From the NCBI GenBank assembly GCA_049517295.1, contig JBEKSF010000014.1, positions 73-64,072 of the forward strand: 64,000 nt of DNA, read 5' to 3'. The notes beneath the pieces were generated by a model. It was not told where the DNA came from. It did no database searches and saw only the letters and a program-made list of their open reading frames with translations. Source of the stretch: Verrucomicrobiota bacterium. Its GTDB lineage: Bacteria; Verrucomicrobiota; Verrucomicrobiia; Limisphaerales; Palsa-1400. The number at the start of each line of letters is the position of its first letter. Position 1 is the stretch's first letter. Position numbers and translations under genes: made by a program. Below, in pieces: positions 36,529 to 45,251 of the stretch.

Positions 36529-36695
36529 AGAGTTGATCCTGGCCCAGACCATGCAATGAGTAAATGGGCGTTGCGACGCACACCGGTGTGCGTCGGACGG
36601 CACAGGGGGCCGGGTCAATTACAAAACAGGCCCAAGTTTATGCTGGCGCATTCGGCGGAAAAGGCGTTGTCTGGATGGAGCGAAAGGCATATCCA

Positions 36696-38102
36696 ATGAA
36701 AAACAATTCTTTAATCGTAACCGCGGTCACCGCGGCTGCTGCAATTGTCATCGCCGGCTGCCAAAAGAAACAGGAAGCTCAGCCCGGTGCGCCCGTCACC
36801 CCGTCCGCATCCGCCCCGCGCATCGTCTCGGCGGAACGGACCAGCTTTGATCAGGTTACGGCCAAGCTGGACAAGGGAGGCAACGTTTACCTTTACCTCA
36901 GCACCGAGCAGGCCTTGCTGGGCCTATCCAACCGGCTGACCGCCGCCAGCAATTTTGTCTCGTCCCTGCCGGCGATTTCAGGGGATGGGCGGGAGAACCT
37001 CGTTCGCCTCTTCGGCTTTCTCAACGGCTTCGTCATCGACAGCGGCGTGAGCGAGATCAGCGGATTGGGCGTGAGTTCGATTGCGCGCGAGAAAGGCTTT
37101 TATTACGGCAAATTGGTGCTGCACCATTACCCCGGCGAGAATGCCGGCGTCATCTGGTCGCTCTTTGGCAAGGCCCCGCACCGGATGGATGGACTGGATT
37201 TGCTGCCGCAAAGCACGGCGCTGGCCATTTTCTCGGACTTCGATTTCACACTGGCCTGGGCCAAACTCCAGGATGAATTGGCCAGCCTGAACATTCCCGG
37301 AGTCGATAAAGCCCTCAAGCAGTTTCCGGCCCAATTTCACGAGAAGACCGGATTGGAGCTGGACGACGTGCTGAAATCACTGGGCGGAGAGTACGGATTG
37401 ATCTTCACCCTGGACGAGCACAAAAAGATCACCTTGCCGCTGCCGAACAACCCCCTGGAGATCCCCAGCCCCGGCCTGGCCATCGTGGTCAAGGTCAACT
37501 CCGACCTGGTCTTTGACCGCGTCGCCGACATCCTGGAAAAGAACCAGGTCACCTCCAAGCTCGTCAGCAAGGTGGACGACACGAACTTGAAGATGCGCAC
37601 GATGAATGTGCCGCTGCCTATTCCACTGGATCTGCGCCCCAGCCTGGCGCGCAGCGGCGATTACCTTTTGGTGGCCTCCTCGGATACGCTGGTGCGGGAA
37701 ATTCTCGCCGTCAAATCCGGCGAAGCGAAAGGGTACAAAGCGATGGCGGAATTCAAGAAGCTCTCGCAGGACATTCCCGATCAGGGCAACAACTTCGCGC
37801 TGGTCACCGGGGCTTTTGCCAGCACGATGGCCCAGGTCCAGCAAAAAGCCCTCGCCAACCAGGCGGGCGGCGCCGAGCGCGCCCAGTCATTGCAGGACCT
37901 TCTCAACAGCGGCACCAACTCCTTCTCCTACAGCGTCGGCGTCAACGGGTCCGAGGGTTGGGAAGGATTTGCCAACTCCAGCCACAATCTCCAGGCCCTG
38001 ATTGCTCCCGCGGCGGTGGCCGGGGGCGTCGCGGCCGCCCTTGCGATCCCTGCTTACGCCAAGGCGCACACCGGATCCAAGGCCTCCTCCCAAAGCCAGT
38101 GA
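36696..38102 (+). CDS. Hypothetical lipoprotein (possibly DUF3352-like)
   Basis: MKNNSLIVTAVTAAAAIVIAGCQKK has a lipobox. 468 aa. Start moved to ATG 36696. No catalytic motif was recognised. Confidence 0.6.
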   Translation: MKNNSLIVTAVTAAAAIVIAGCQKKQEAQPGAPVTPSASAPRIVSAERTSFDQVTAKLDKGGNVYLYLSTEQALLGLSNRLTAASNFVSSLPAISGDGRENLVRLFGFLNGFVIDSGVSEISGLGVSSIAREKGFYYGKLVLHHYPGENAGVIWSLFGKAPHRMDGLDLLPQSTALAIFSDFDFTLAWAKLQDELASLNIPGVDKALKQFPAQFHEKTGLELDDVLKSLGGEYGLIFTLDEHKKITLPLPNNPLEIPSPGLAIVVKVNSDLVFDRVADILEKNQVTSKLVSKVDDTNLKMRTMNVPLPIPLDLRPSLARSGDYLLVASSDTLVREILAVKSGEAKGYKAMAEFKKLSQDIPDQGNNFALVTGAFASTMAQVQQKALANQAGGAERAQSLQDLLNSGTNSFSYSVGVNGSEGWEGFANSSHNLQALIAPAAVAGGVAAALAIPAYAKAHTGSKASSQSQ

Positions 38103-38109
38103 CGGCTGG

Positions 38110-38985
38110 CTAGTGGGTGGTGGCATAGACCAGGATATTGATCAACATCGGGTAGCCCATCGGCTCGGAATAGGTGTCAAAATAACTTTCGTCCTGGCCT
38201 TCGTGTTCCCAGCCGTCGCCGTAATGATTGTTGTGGCAGATCAACACCATCATCCGCTCCTTGTCGTCATAGATGCCGTAGTAGTGCGGGTCATGGTTTT
38301 TTTCCACGTACGGCGCCGGGTCGTAAGAGAGCCCCTCCTGCAAGAAAGTGCCGACACTGGGTATCTGCGGCTGCTGGCGGAAATTAAAGACGGCGTGAAA
38401 GATGGGATGATCCAGAGACATCTCCACCGGCTCGCGGTCCGGGAAAACGCGCTTGATCTGCTCGTAGAAATGGCGCCACTGCACGTCGCCCCAGAAATCA
38501 TCCACCATCAGGAACCCGCCGTTGAGGAGGTACTGGCGCAAGGCGGCGGCCTCATCCTGGGCCAAATCCACCCTTCCGGCGGCGGCGAGATAAACGAAGG
38601 GATAATTGGCCAGCTCCTTGGGAGTAATGTCAATAAAGGTCAACCCCGGCCGCACCTTCAAACTGGTCACCTCGAACAGGCGAAAGATCAGATTCAAGTC
38701 CGCCTCCGGCGTATCGTCGTCCCATGAGCGCCAGCCGCCGTATTGGTAAGCGCGATCGGCCTCGAATTTGAGCCGCGCAAAGGTGAAGACATCCTCCTTG
38801 AAGGCTGGGTCCAGCGACTTTTCCATCAGTTGCTGCTCGCGCTGCGTCTCCGGGTCGGTGCGAAAGCGCCGGCCAAAGCGGCCGCGGCCGAATTGGGCGT
38901 GGGCGGAGAAGAGGGCAAGGAGGACGGCGCAGAGGGCGGCGCCTTTGAGCGCGTGCCCGCACAATGGTTGTCTCATTTTCAACAT
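38110..38985 (-). CDS. DUF4159 domain protein
   Basis: Signal peptide, then FTFARLKFE…W..D.PEADLNLIFRLFEVTSLKV…YPFVYLAAAG…LRQYLLNGGFLMVDDFWG matches my recollection of the DUF4159 pattern. Start ATG 38985 (alternative 38976). Confidence 0.65.
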   Translation of the reverse strand: MLKMRQPLCGHALKGAALCAVLLALFSAHAQFGRGRFGRRFRTDPETQREQQLMEKSLDPAFKEDVFTFARLKFEADRAYQYGGWRSWDDDTPEADLNLIFRLFEVTSLKVRPGLTFIDITPKELANYPFVYLAAAGRVDLAQDEAAALRQYLLNGGFLMVDDFWGDVQWRHFYEQIKRVFPDREPVEMSLDHPIFHAVFNFRQQPQIPSVGTFLQEGLSYDPAPYVEKNHDPHYYGIYDDKERMMVLICHNNHYGDGWEHEGQDESYFDTYSEPMGYPMLINILVYATTH

Positions 38986-39315
38986 GGGAGCCGGTGAGCG
39001 GCGATTTACGATAGGCCGCCTGGCCCGAATTGCAAGTCCGCCCCCAATGATTGAGCAGGGTACAAAGGCCAGAAAGAAAGAGGGAATCCCCGTCCCCCCG
39101 GGGAGCATCTCATTTTTTTGGCCGGGATTGAAACAATTGAAAATGGGCATTGAAAATTTGTCATCTGTCATGTAATCAGTGAATGCGCCGCTGTTCCCCG
39201 CAACATTTTCTCTCACACCGGCCAAAGGTTTTGACATTGGCCGTCAAACTGCCATACTCGGCGTGCTGTGCCGCACGGCCCGCACTTATGAATCGCCGCG
39301 CAAGAAGCGCCTGAT

Positions 39316-39771
39316 ATGACACTCGAAGCCATGGCAGCCGATCACCCGTTCCTGAAAGGATTCAGAAGCGAGCACCTGAAGGTTCTGGCCGCCAACGCAC
39401 TTCCGGCGCAGTTCGCGCCGAACGAAACCATCTTTCGGGAGGGGGAAATGGCCAACCGCTTTTATCTCATCACCGGGGGGAGCGTGGTTCTGGAAAGATG
39501 CTTCAAGGACCGCGGCAGCGTCAGAATCCAGGAAATCGGGGCGGGCGACGTGCTGGGGTGGTCGTGGTTTTTTCCCCCTTATTATTGGCGGATGGACGCG
39601 CGGGCGGTCGAGCAGACCGACGCGGTCTTTTTCTACGGCACGCGTCTGCGGCAGGAAGCCGAGCAAGACCATGATTTTGGCTACGAACTGATGCGGCGCG
39701 TGGCCGCGGTGGCCATTCAACGACTCCAGGCCGCCCGCGCGGTCGCTTACGAAAACACTGTTACAACATGA
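39316..39771 (+). CDS. Cyclic-nucleotide-binding (cNMP/CAP-effector) single-domain protein
   Basis: FREGEMANRFYLITGGSVVLE…GAGDVLGWSW is the beta-roll pattern of cNMP-binding domains. There is no DNA-binding domain. The stop overlaps the pckG ATG (ATGA). Confidence 0.75.
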   Translation: MTLEAMAADHPFLKGFRSEHLKVLAANALPAQFAPNETIFREGEMANRFYLITGGSVVLERCFKDRGSVRIQEIGAGDVLGWSWFFPPYYWRMDARAVEQTDAVFFYGTRLRQEAEQDHDFGYELMRRVAAVAIQRLQAARAVAYENTVTT

Positions 39772-41528
39772 CCCAACCTACCACTTCCAATCCCGCCGTC
39801 ATCCGATGGGTCGAGGATATCGTCAAACTTTGCCAGCCGGAAAACATCCTTTGGTGCGACGGCGAAGAGGCGGAGAAAGACGCACTGGTGAAGGAAGCCC
39901 TCGCACGGGGAATCCTTCTCAAACTCAACGAGCAGAAACTCCCCGGCTGCTATTATCACCGCTCCCACCCCGGTGATGTCGCCCGCAGCGAAGACCGGAC
40001 GTTTATCTGCACGACCACCGCCGAGGAAGCGGGGCCGACCAATCAGTGGATGGCGCCGGCGAAGATGTACAAGAAGCTGCACGAACTTTGCGCCGGCGCC
40101 ATGCGGGGGCGGACGCTCTACGTCGTGCCCTACCTGATGGGGCCGCTGGGTTCGCCACTGGCCAAAGTGGGCATCGAGTTGACCGACTCGATCTACGTGG
40201 TTTTGAGCATGCGCATCATGACGCGGATGGGGCGGATAGCCTACGAGCATCTTGGGCAAAGCGAGGATTTTAACCGGGGGCTTCACTGCATGTTGGACTT
40301 AGACTCGGCGCACCGCTACATCGCGCATTTCCCGCAGGACAACGCCATCATCTCGACGGGATCGAACTACGGGGGCAACGTGTTGCTGGGCAAGAAGTGC
40401 ATGGCCTTGCGCATCGGCTCCTGGCTGGCCAACCAGGAAGGATGGCTGGCCGAGCACATGCTCATTCTCAGCGCCGAATCGCCCGCGGGCGAAAAAACTT
40501 ATGTCGCGGCCGCCTTTCCCAGCGCCTGCGGCAAAACCAATTTCGCCATGCTCGTGCCCCCGCCGCATTTGGCCGGGTGGAAAATCCGCACCGTCGGCGA
40601 GGACATCGCGTGGATGAGGCCCGGCACAGACGGGCGTCTCCATGCGATCAATCCGGAAACGGGCTACTTTGGAGTGGCCCGCGGCACCAACGAACGAACG
40701 AATTCCAACGCCTTGACGACCATCAGCCGGGATACAATTTACACCAATGTGGCGCTCACGCCCGACCTGGACGTTTGGTGGGAAGGCAAGACCGACGAGC
40801 CGCCGGCGGAGTTGACGGATTGGAAAGGGCAACCCTGGACGCCGAAATCGAAGGAACCGGCGGCGCATCCCAACAGCCGGTTCTGCGCGCCGGCGAAAAA
40901 CAACCCCGCCTTTGCGCCCGAGGCCGACGATCCGGCGGGGGTGCCCATCAGCGCGATCATATTTGGCGGGCGCCGGGCCACGACCATTCCGCTGATTTAT
41001 CAGGCCTTCAATTGGATTCATGGGGTGTATCTGGGCGCGACGATGAGTTCGGAAACGACGGCGGCGGCGACGGGAGAGGTGGGCAGAATCCGGCGGGACC
41101 CGATGGCGATGCTGCCTTTTTGCGGCTACAACATGGGTAACTATTTCCGGCACTGGCTGCAAATGGGCAAGAAGCTGGCGGTGCCGCCGCGCATTTTTTA
41201 CGTCAATTGGTTCCGGCGCGATGAGCAGGGAAAGTACTTGTGGCCGGGTTTTGGGGAAAACATGCGGGTGCTCAAATGGATTGTCGAGCGGACGCATGGG
41301 CGGGTGGATGCTTGCGAAACGCCGCTGGGGTGGGTGCCGGGGCCGCGCGACTTTGACCTGGGGGAGATGAAGGATTTCAACTCCAGCAAAATGGCCAAGG
41401 CGCAGGAGATCGGTGTGGAGGACTGGCGGCGGGAAGCGCTGTTGCACGAGGACCTGTTCCTCCAGCTCTACGCCGACCTGCCCAAAGAACTGCTCTTCGA
41501 GCGCGAATTGCTAATCTCGCGGCTCTAA
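39768..41528 (+). CDS. pckG: Phosphoenolpyruvate carboxykinase (GTP)
   Basis: 586 aa. Motifs FPSACGKTN (kinase-1a P-loop), GEDIAWMR, NWFRRDEQGKYLWPGFGENMRVLKW. Confidence 0.95.
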   Translation: MTQPTTSNPAVIRWVEDIVKLCQPENILWCDGEEAEKDALVKEALARGILLKLNEQKLPGCYYHRSHPGDVARSEDRTFICTTTAEEAGPTNQWMAPAKMYKKLHELCAGAMRGRTLYVVPYLMGPLGSPLAKVGIELTDSIYVVLSMRIMTRMGRIAYEHLGQSEDFNRGLHCMLDLDSAHRYIAHFPQDNAIISTGSNYGGNVLLGKKCMALRIGSWLANQEGWLAEHMLILSAESPAGEKTYVAAAFPSACGKTNFAMLVPPPHLAGWKIRTVGEDIAWMRPGTDGRLHAINPETGYFGVARGTNERTNSNALTTISRDTIYTNVALTPDLDVWWEGKTDEPPAELTDWKGQPWTPKSKEPAAHPNSRFCAPAKNNPAFAPEADDPAGVPISAIIFGGRRATTIPLIYQAFNWIHGVYLGATMSSETTAAATGEVGRIRRDPMAMLPFCGYNMGNYFRHWLQMGKKLAVPPRIFYVNWFRRDEQGKYLWPGFGENMRVLKWIVERTHGRVDACETPLGWVPGPRDFDLGEMKDFNSSKMAKAQEIGVEDWRREALLHEDLFLQLYADLPKELLFERELLISRL

Positions 41529-43450
41529 GCTGCGTTCTCGGCCTGCACGAACGGCGGCAGCGGACAATCCAGCACCTCGGCGATCACCCGGAGCAGTTCG
41601 GCTTCGGCTTCCTCGATGACGCCGTCGGCGGCGACGGTTTGGGCGCAGGCGTTGAGAACCGTCTTCTTGATTTGCGGGACGGCTTGCGCCAGCCGGTCCA
41701 GCGCGGCATCGACCTGCTCCAGTCCGCACTGATCGAGCGGGCGCAACTGGAGCTGCGCGCGGGCGGCGTCGCTCAGCGGGCCCGCCCCCTGTTGGAAAGC
41801 GGCCTGGATTTTGTCCGGCTCGGCCTGCCCCGCGCGGGCCAGGGAGGAGAGCACCACGGCGCAATCGTCAGTCAGGCCGCTCCAGGAGTAATACTGGACG
41901 ATCGGCTTGCGCGCACCTTTGAACTGGGCGTCGAGGTGGCGCAAGACAATCTTTTGGAGCATGTATTCAAAGAGGTCAATCTGGCCGTCGCTTTCAATAA
42001 GATGCTCGGCGGCGGCATTGAATTCGTCGTACTGAGCCGGGGAAAGATGACTCAGAGCGGGCAAGGCGAGGTCCACCAGCGGCAGCTTGGCGCGGGCGGC
42101 CACAGCGGACGCGTCGGGCAACAAACGCGTGACTTCCCTGGCGATGCCGGCGGAGGTGTTTTGCGACAGGAATTCCATTTGGCTGGATTGAAGTTGCGGC
42201 TCCGAGCTGAGGAGCAGCGCATAGACCAGCGCGGAAGCGCCGAAAGGTTCGCGCGCGGCCGCCTGAACGGCGGGCGGGAAGGAGTTGCGCAGTTGCACCG
42301 CGTAATGCAGGTGCGCCGGGGTGGGCGTCCCGCCGCCCGGAAAGAGCACCTGGGCGGCAATGATGGGCGGGACGATGGGCGGCATGGCCGTTGGCGGGGG
42401 ATGGGGGACGGGCGCCGGCTTTTGTACCGGCGCGGGCATTGAGACGGGCGGGAACTTGCCGTCAAAAGCAGGCTCGAAGGCCCGGATGCGATCTTCCAGC
42501 GGCGGGTGAGTGTCCAGCAATCCGAAAAGAGAATGGCCGATGCCGTTGCCGAAAAACATGTGCGAGGCCTCGTGGGCGTGGGTGGCCTGCAGGCGGGACC
42601 CGAAAGCCAGGCCGCCGATTTTTTTGAGCGCGCCGACAATTCCGGCCGGGTTGCGGGTGAATTGCACCGAGGAGGCGTCGGCCAGAAATTCCCGTTGACG
42701 GCTGACGGCGGCCTGAATGAGGCGGCCAAAGAAAACGCCCACCCAGCCGATGAGCAGCAGCGCCAGGCCCAAGAACGGCAACGGGTTGCGGCCGCCCCTG
42801 CCGCCGCGCGTTTGCAACAGGATGCGTCCGATGACCGCCAGGCAGACGATCCCGAAAATGACGCCCATGAGGCGGAGATTCAGCCGCATGTCGCCGTTGA
42901 GAATGTGGCTGAACTCGTGGCCGATGACGCCTTGCAATTCGTCGCGGTTGAGCAGATTCATGCAGCCAGCGGTGACGCAGACGACGGCGTCGCTGGTGGA
43001 ATGGCCGGCGGCGAAGGCGTTGACGCCCTGTTCCTGGCGCATGACATAGACCGGGGGGACGGGCACGCCGGAAGCCAGGGCCATTTCCTCGACGACGTTG
43101 AGGAGTTGACGTTCGTGGGGATCGGTTGTGGAGGGGCTGACGCGCTGGCCGCCCATCATGTTGGCGACGGCGCTGCCGCCCTGGGACAATTCAATCGTTT
43201 TGGAAATGCTGCCGATGGCGATGACGGCCAGCGTGCCCAGCGCCACCGCCGCGAACAACCGCGAGTCCCAAAGCGCCACCGCCGCCCGGGAGCCGTCGCC
43301 CCCGTATTGATGCCGGCTGTAAGCCCCGGTATAAATGACAGCCACGCAGAGGTAAAGGGCCGCGATCAACCCCGCCACGCCGGCGCAAAAATAAACGACC
43401 AGCCATTTGGTGTTGCGATGGGCCTTTTCCTGGCGTTCAAAAAAATCCAT
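41525..43450 (-). CDS. M48-family Zn metalloprotease with C-terminal TerB-like repeats
   Basis: N-terminal TM segments, HEFSHILNGD (HExxH) and a downstream E. The C-terminal half has DGQIDLFEYMLQ and DGVIEEAEAELLRVIAEVL segments (TerB-like). Its stop overlaps the pckG stop convergently. Confidence 0.8.
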   Translation of the reverse strand: MDFFERQEKAHRNTKWLVVYFCAGVAGLIAALYLCVAVIYTGAYSRHQYGGDGSRAAVALWDSRLFAAVALGTLAVIAIGSISKTIELSQGGSAVANMMGGQRVSPSTTDPHERQLLNVVEEMALASGVPVPPVYVMRQEQGVNAFAAGHSTSDAVVCVTAGCMNLLNRDELQGVIGHEFSHILNGDMRLNLRLMGVIFGIVCLAVIGRILLQTRGGRGGRNPLPFLGLALLLIGWVGVFFGRLIQAAVSRQREFLADASSVQFTRNPAGIVGALKKIGGLAFGSRLQATHAHEASHMFFGNGIGHSLFGLLDTHPPLEDRIRAFEPAFDGKFPPVSMPAPVQKPAPVPHPPPTAMPPIVPPIIAAQVLFPGGGTPTPAHLHYAVQLRNSFPPAVQAAAREPFGASALVYALLLSSEPQLQSSQMEFLSQNTSAGIAREVTRLLPDASAVAARAKLPLVDLALPALSHLSPAQYDEFNAAAEHLIESDGQIDLFEYMLQKIVLRHLDAQFKGARKPIVQYYSWSGLTDDCAVVLSSLARAGQAEPDKIQAAFQQGAGPLSDAARAQLQLRPLDQCGLEQVDAALDRLAQAVPQIKKTVLNACAQTVAADGVIEEAEAELLRVIAEVLDCPLPPFVQAENAA

Positions 43451-43458
43451 GGGGGAAA

Positions 43459-44058
43459 TTAAAAGTTCACGGATACGGGCTGTTTTTCCTCCGGTTTGTC
43501 AATTGTAAAGAATTCCGCCGGGCCGAAATGGAAGGCGCCGGCGACGAGGTTGGAGGGGAAGACCTGGCAGCGGGTGTTGTAAAGCATGACCGAATCGTTA
43601 TAGGCCTGGCGGGCGAAGGAGACGCGGTTCTCGGTCGAAGTCAGTTCCTCCATCAAATTGCTCATCAGCGTGTTGGCTTTGAGGTCGGGATAGGCCTCGG
43701 CGAGGGCGAAGAGGCGGCCGAGGCTGCCGGCCAGGGCGGTTTCTGCGCCGGAGAGTTCGCGCATGGCGGCGGCTTCGCCGGGATTGGCGGCGGCTTTGGT
43801 GTTGGCGGCGGAGGCGGCGTTGCGGGCGGAGATGACCTCCTCCAGCGTGCCGCGCTCGTGTTTGAGGTAGCCCTTGGCGGTCTCGACGAGATTGGGGATG
43901 AGGTCATAGCGGCGTTTGAGTTGAACGTCGATTTGGGCGTAGGCGTTTCTGTAGCGGTTGCGCAGAGAGACCAGGCGGTTGAAGGCGCCAACGACAAGAA
44001 TCAGGGCGCCCATGACCGCGATTACAACGATCAGCAATATCGCAACTATCATCGACAT
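43459..44058 (-). CDS. lemA: LemA family protein
   Basis: N-terminal TM, then NRLV.LRN…A.IDVQLKRRYDLIPNLVETAKGY..HE and YNDSVMLYNT, typical of LemA. It lies upstream of the M48 gene, a common pairing. Confidence 0.9.
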   Translation of the reverse strand: MSMIVAILLIVVIAVMGALILVVGAFNRLVSLRNRYRNAYAQIDVQLKRRYDLIPNLVETAKGYLKHERGTLEEVISARNAASAANTKAAANPGEAAAMRELSGAETALAGSLGRLFALAEAYPDLKANTLMSNLMEELTSTENRVSFARQAYNDSVMLYNTRCQVFPSNLVAGAFHFGPAEFFTIDKPEEKQPVSVNF

Positions 44059-44395
44059 ACAGCGGGTCCTTTCGCCAATGAGCTAACAGCCGAAAGGCGA
44101 AGGAGGCAATTACAATTTGGGCGGGAAATTCCAATGGGGCGCATTGGAGATTCCCGTGAGGCGGCGCCCGCTTGTCATTCATAAAAACGCGGGAAAAATC
44201 AAAATAGTGTTTCGAAATTGATAAGGTTTGCTAATGGCATAATTGCAAGTGGCTCTGGCGCAATGGTTTGGGCGCGGCGGCCGGTGGCAATCGTTTGGGA
44301 ATAGAGTTGAAAAAGAGGCAAATAGAGCGAATCGTTTAAGTGTGCCGCCAGGAACAGCAACGGGATGAATGGGACGCAAGGGAAGGGTATATAAG

Positions 44396-44752
44396 CAGGA
44401 TAGATTAAGAGTACGATTAGGATTAGGAGGAAGACACGGGGGCGGCAGGAATGAGACCAAGAGGACCAAAAGGACGAAAGGGACCAAAATGAAAGGCATG
44501 AGGGCGGAGCTTGGAAGGCTTCGGCCTTCGCTAAAGCTACGGCGGACCAGCCGGTGGCGGCGGCCCGGCAAACGGCGCCGGGCGATGGACCCACCTACGC
44601 CAAGGCTTCCGCCTTCGTTAAAGCTATGGCGGACAAGCCGGTGGGCAGGCATATTCGTGCTCACGCGCAGGAGTTGATCACATTTCCACGAGGGAGAAAA
44701 ACCGACTGGGGGAAAAAGTGCGGAATTTTTGAAGATTTTTGGGGATTGGCCG
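44396..44752 (+). repeat. Dispersed non-coding repeat, copy 2 (partner at 20568-20800). It is longer because of extra internal blocks.
   Basis: Same ordered blocks as copy 1, in the same orientation. It carries ~120 nt of additional sequence, including the 41-nt pair listed separately. Confidence 0.75.
44517..44644 (+). repeat. Pair of 41-nt REP-like units spaced 87 bp apart
   Basis: ggcttcggccttcgctaaagctacggcggaccagccggtgg (44517-44557) vs ggcttccgccttcgttaaagctatggcggacaagccggtgg (44604-44644): 37/41 identical by hand count. Confidence 0.7.
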
Positions 44753-44836
44753 CGAAACAACACGTTTCCATTCGCCGAGGGGTCCGCAGCGGACAGGAGA
44801 ATCGCGTCAGGTGGATGGGTGGTAAATGGAGAAGAT

Positions 44837-44877
44837 GTTGGTGGGAAGCAACTTGTGAAGGTTGGCCGCGCAATGTG
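44837..44877 (+). repeat. Short repeat block related to 21656-21696
   Basis: 32/41 identity by hand alignment. It lies ~150 nt upstream of the 74-aa ORF / SNF2 operon. Confidence 0.5.
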
Positions 44878-45023
44878 CGGACTGCGCGCAAGGGTGAGAC
44901 TTCTTGAACGAGACGGCGGACCGGATACACGCACGCTTTTTGGACGGCGCCAAAGGCCACGACTGTCAAATATGCTTGTGATGACGGGGGAAACCTGATA
45001 AAGACGTTCAAGAAAGGGACATT

Positions 45024-45248
45024 ATGAGCGAAGAACCAGTGGTTTGGGCGTTTGATTTAGGGAAGGGATCGATTGGTGAAGCGGTTCTCCAAGTCGCGCT
45101 CTGCACAACGGCCACTCAGCGCGCCGTCCTGCAACTGGAAGCCCACAGCCGCGTGCGCGAGGCGTTGCGCGCAAAGGCCAAGGTCTGGATTGAACCCGCC
45201 CTGCCGATGGACATTCTCAGAGCCTACCTGCTCCTTCCAATTCTTTGA
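45024..45248 (+). CDS. Small ORF (74 aa) with an RNase-H-fold-like N-terminal DxG…SIG motif. Either the first gene of the islet operon or a gene relic.
   Basis: MSEEPVVWAFDLGKGSIGEAV… resembles the RuvC-I motif of type II-C Cas9 (AFDIG..SIGWA) and the RuvX/YqgF N-terminus (LDLG.KRIGVAV). The stop lies only 3 nt before the SNF2 ATG. Confidence 0.3.
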   Translation: MSEEPVVWAFDLGKGSIGEAVLQVALCTTATQRAVLQLEAHSRVREALRAKAKVWIEPALPMDILRAYLLLPIL

Positions 45249-45251
45249 CCT

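Noticed and set aside
44179-44934. ORFs 44179-44934(-) (251 aa) and 20293-20826(-) (177 aa) share peptide strings such as VGFSPSWKCDQLLRV. Could this be a conserved protein family?
   Set aside because: The shared peptides simply reflect the DNA repeat. The ORF boundaries, start contexts and the rest of the translations differ. The sequences are low-complexity (RRSFSEGG-type), and indels between the copies are not constrained to preserve a protein. They are treated as non-coding repeats. This would be reversed by evidence of translation.
45024-45248. A possible Cas9 gene or CRISPR-Cas locus, suggested by the AFDLGKGSIGEAV motif.
   Set aside because: Only ~21 residues resemble RuvC-I, and the ORF is 74 aa. 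There is no HNH or RuvC-II/III, no cas1/cas2 and no repeat-spacer array anywhere in the window. It is kept only as a possible relic or small gene.
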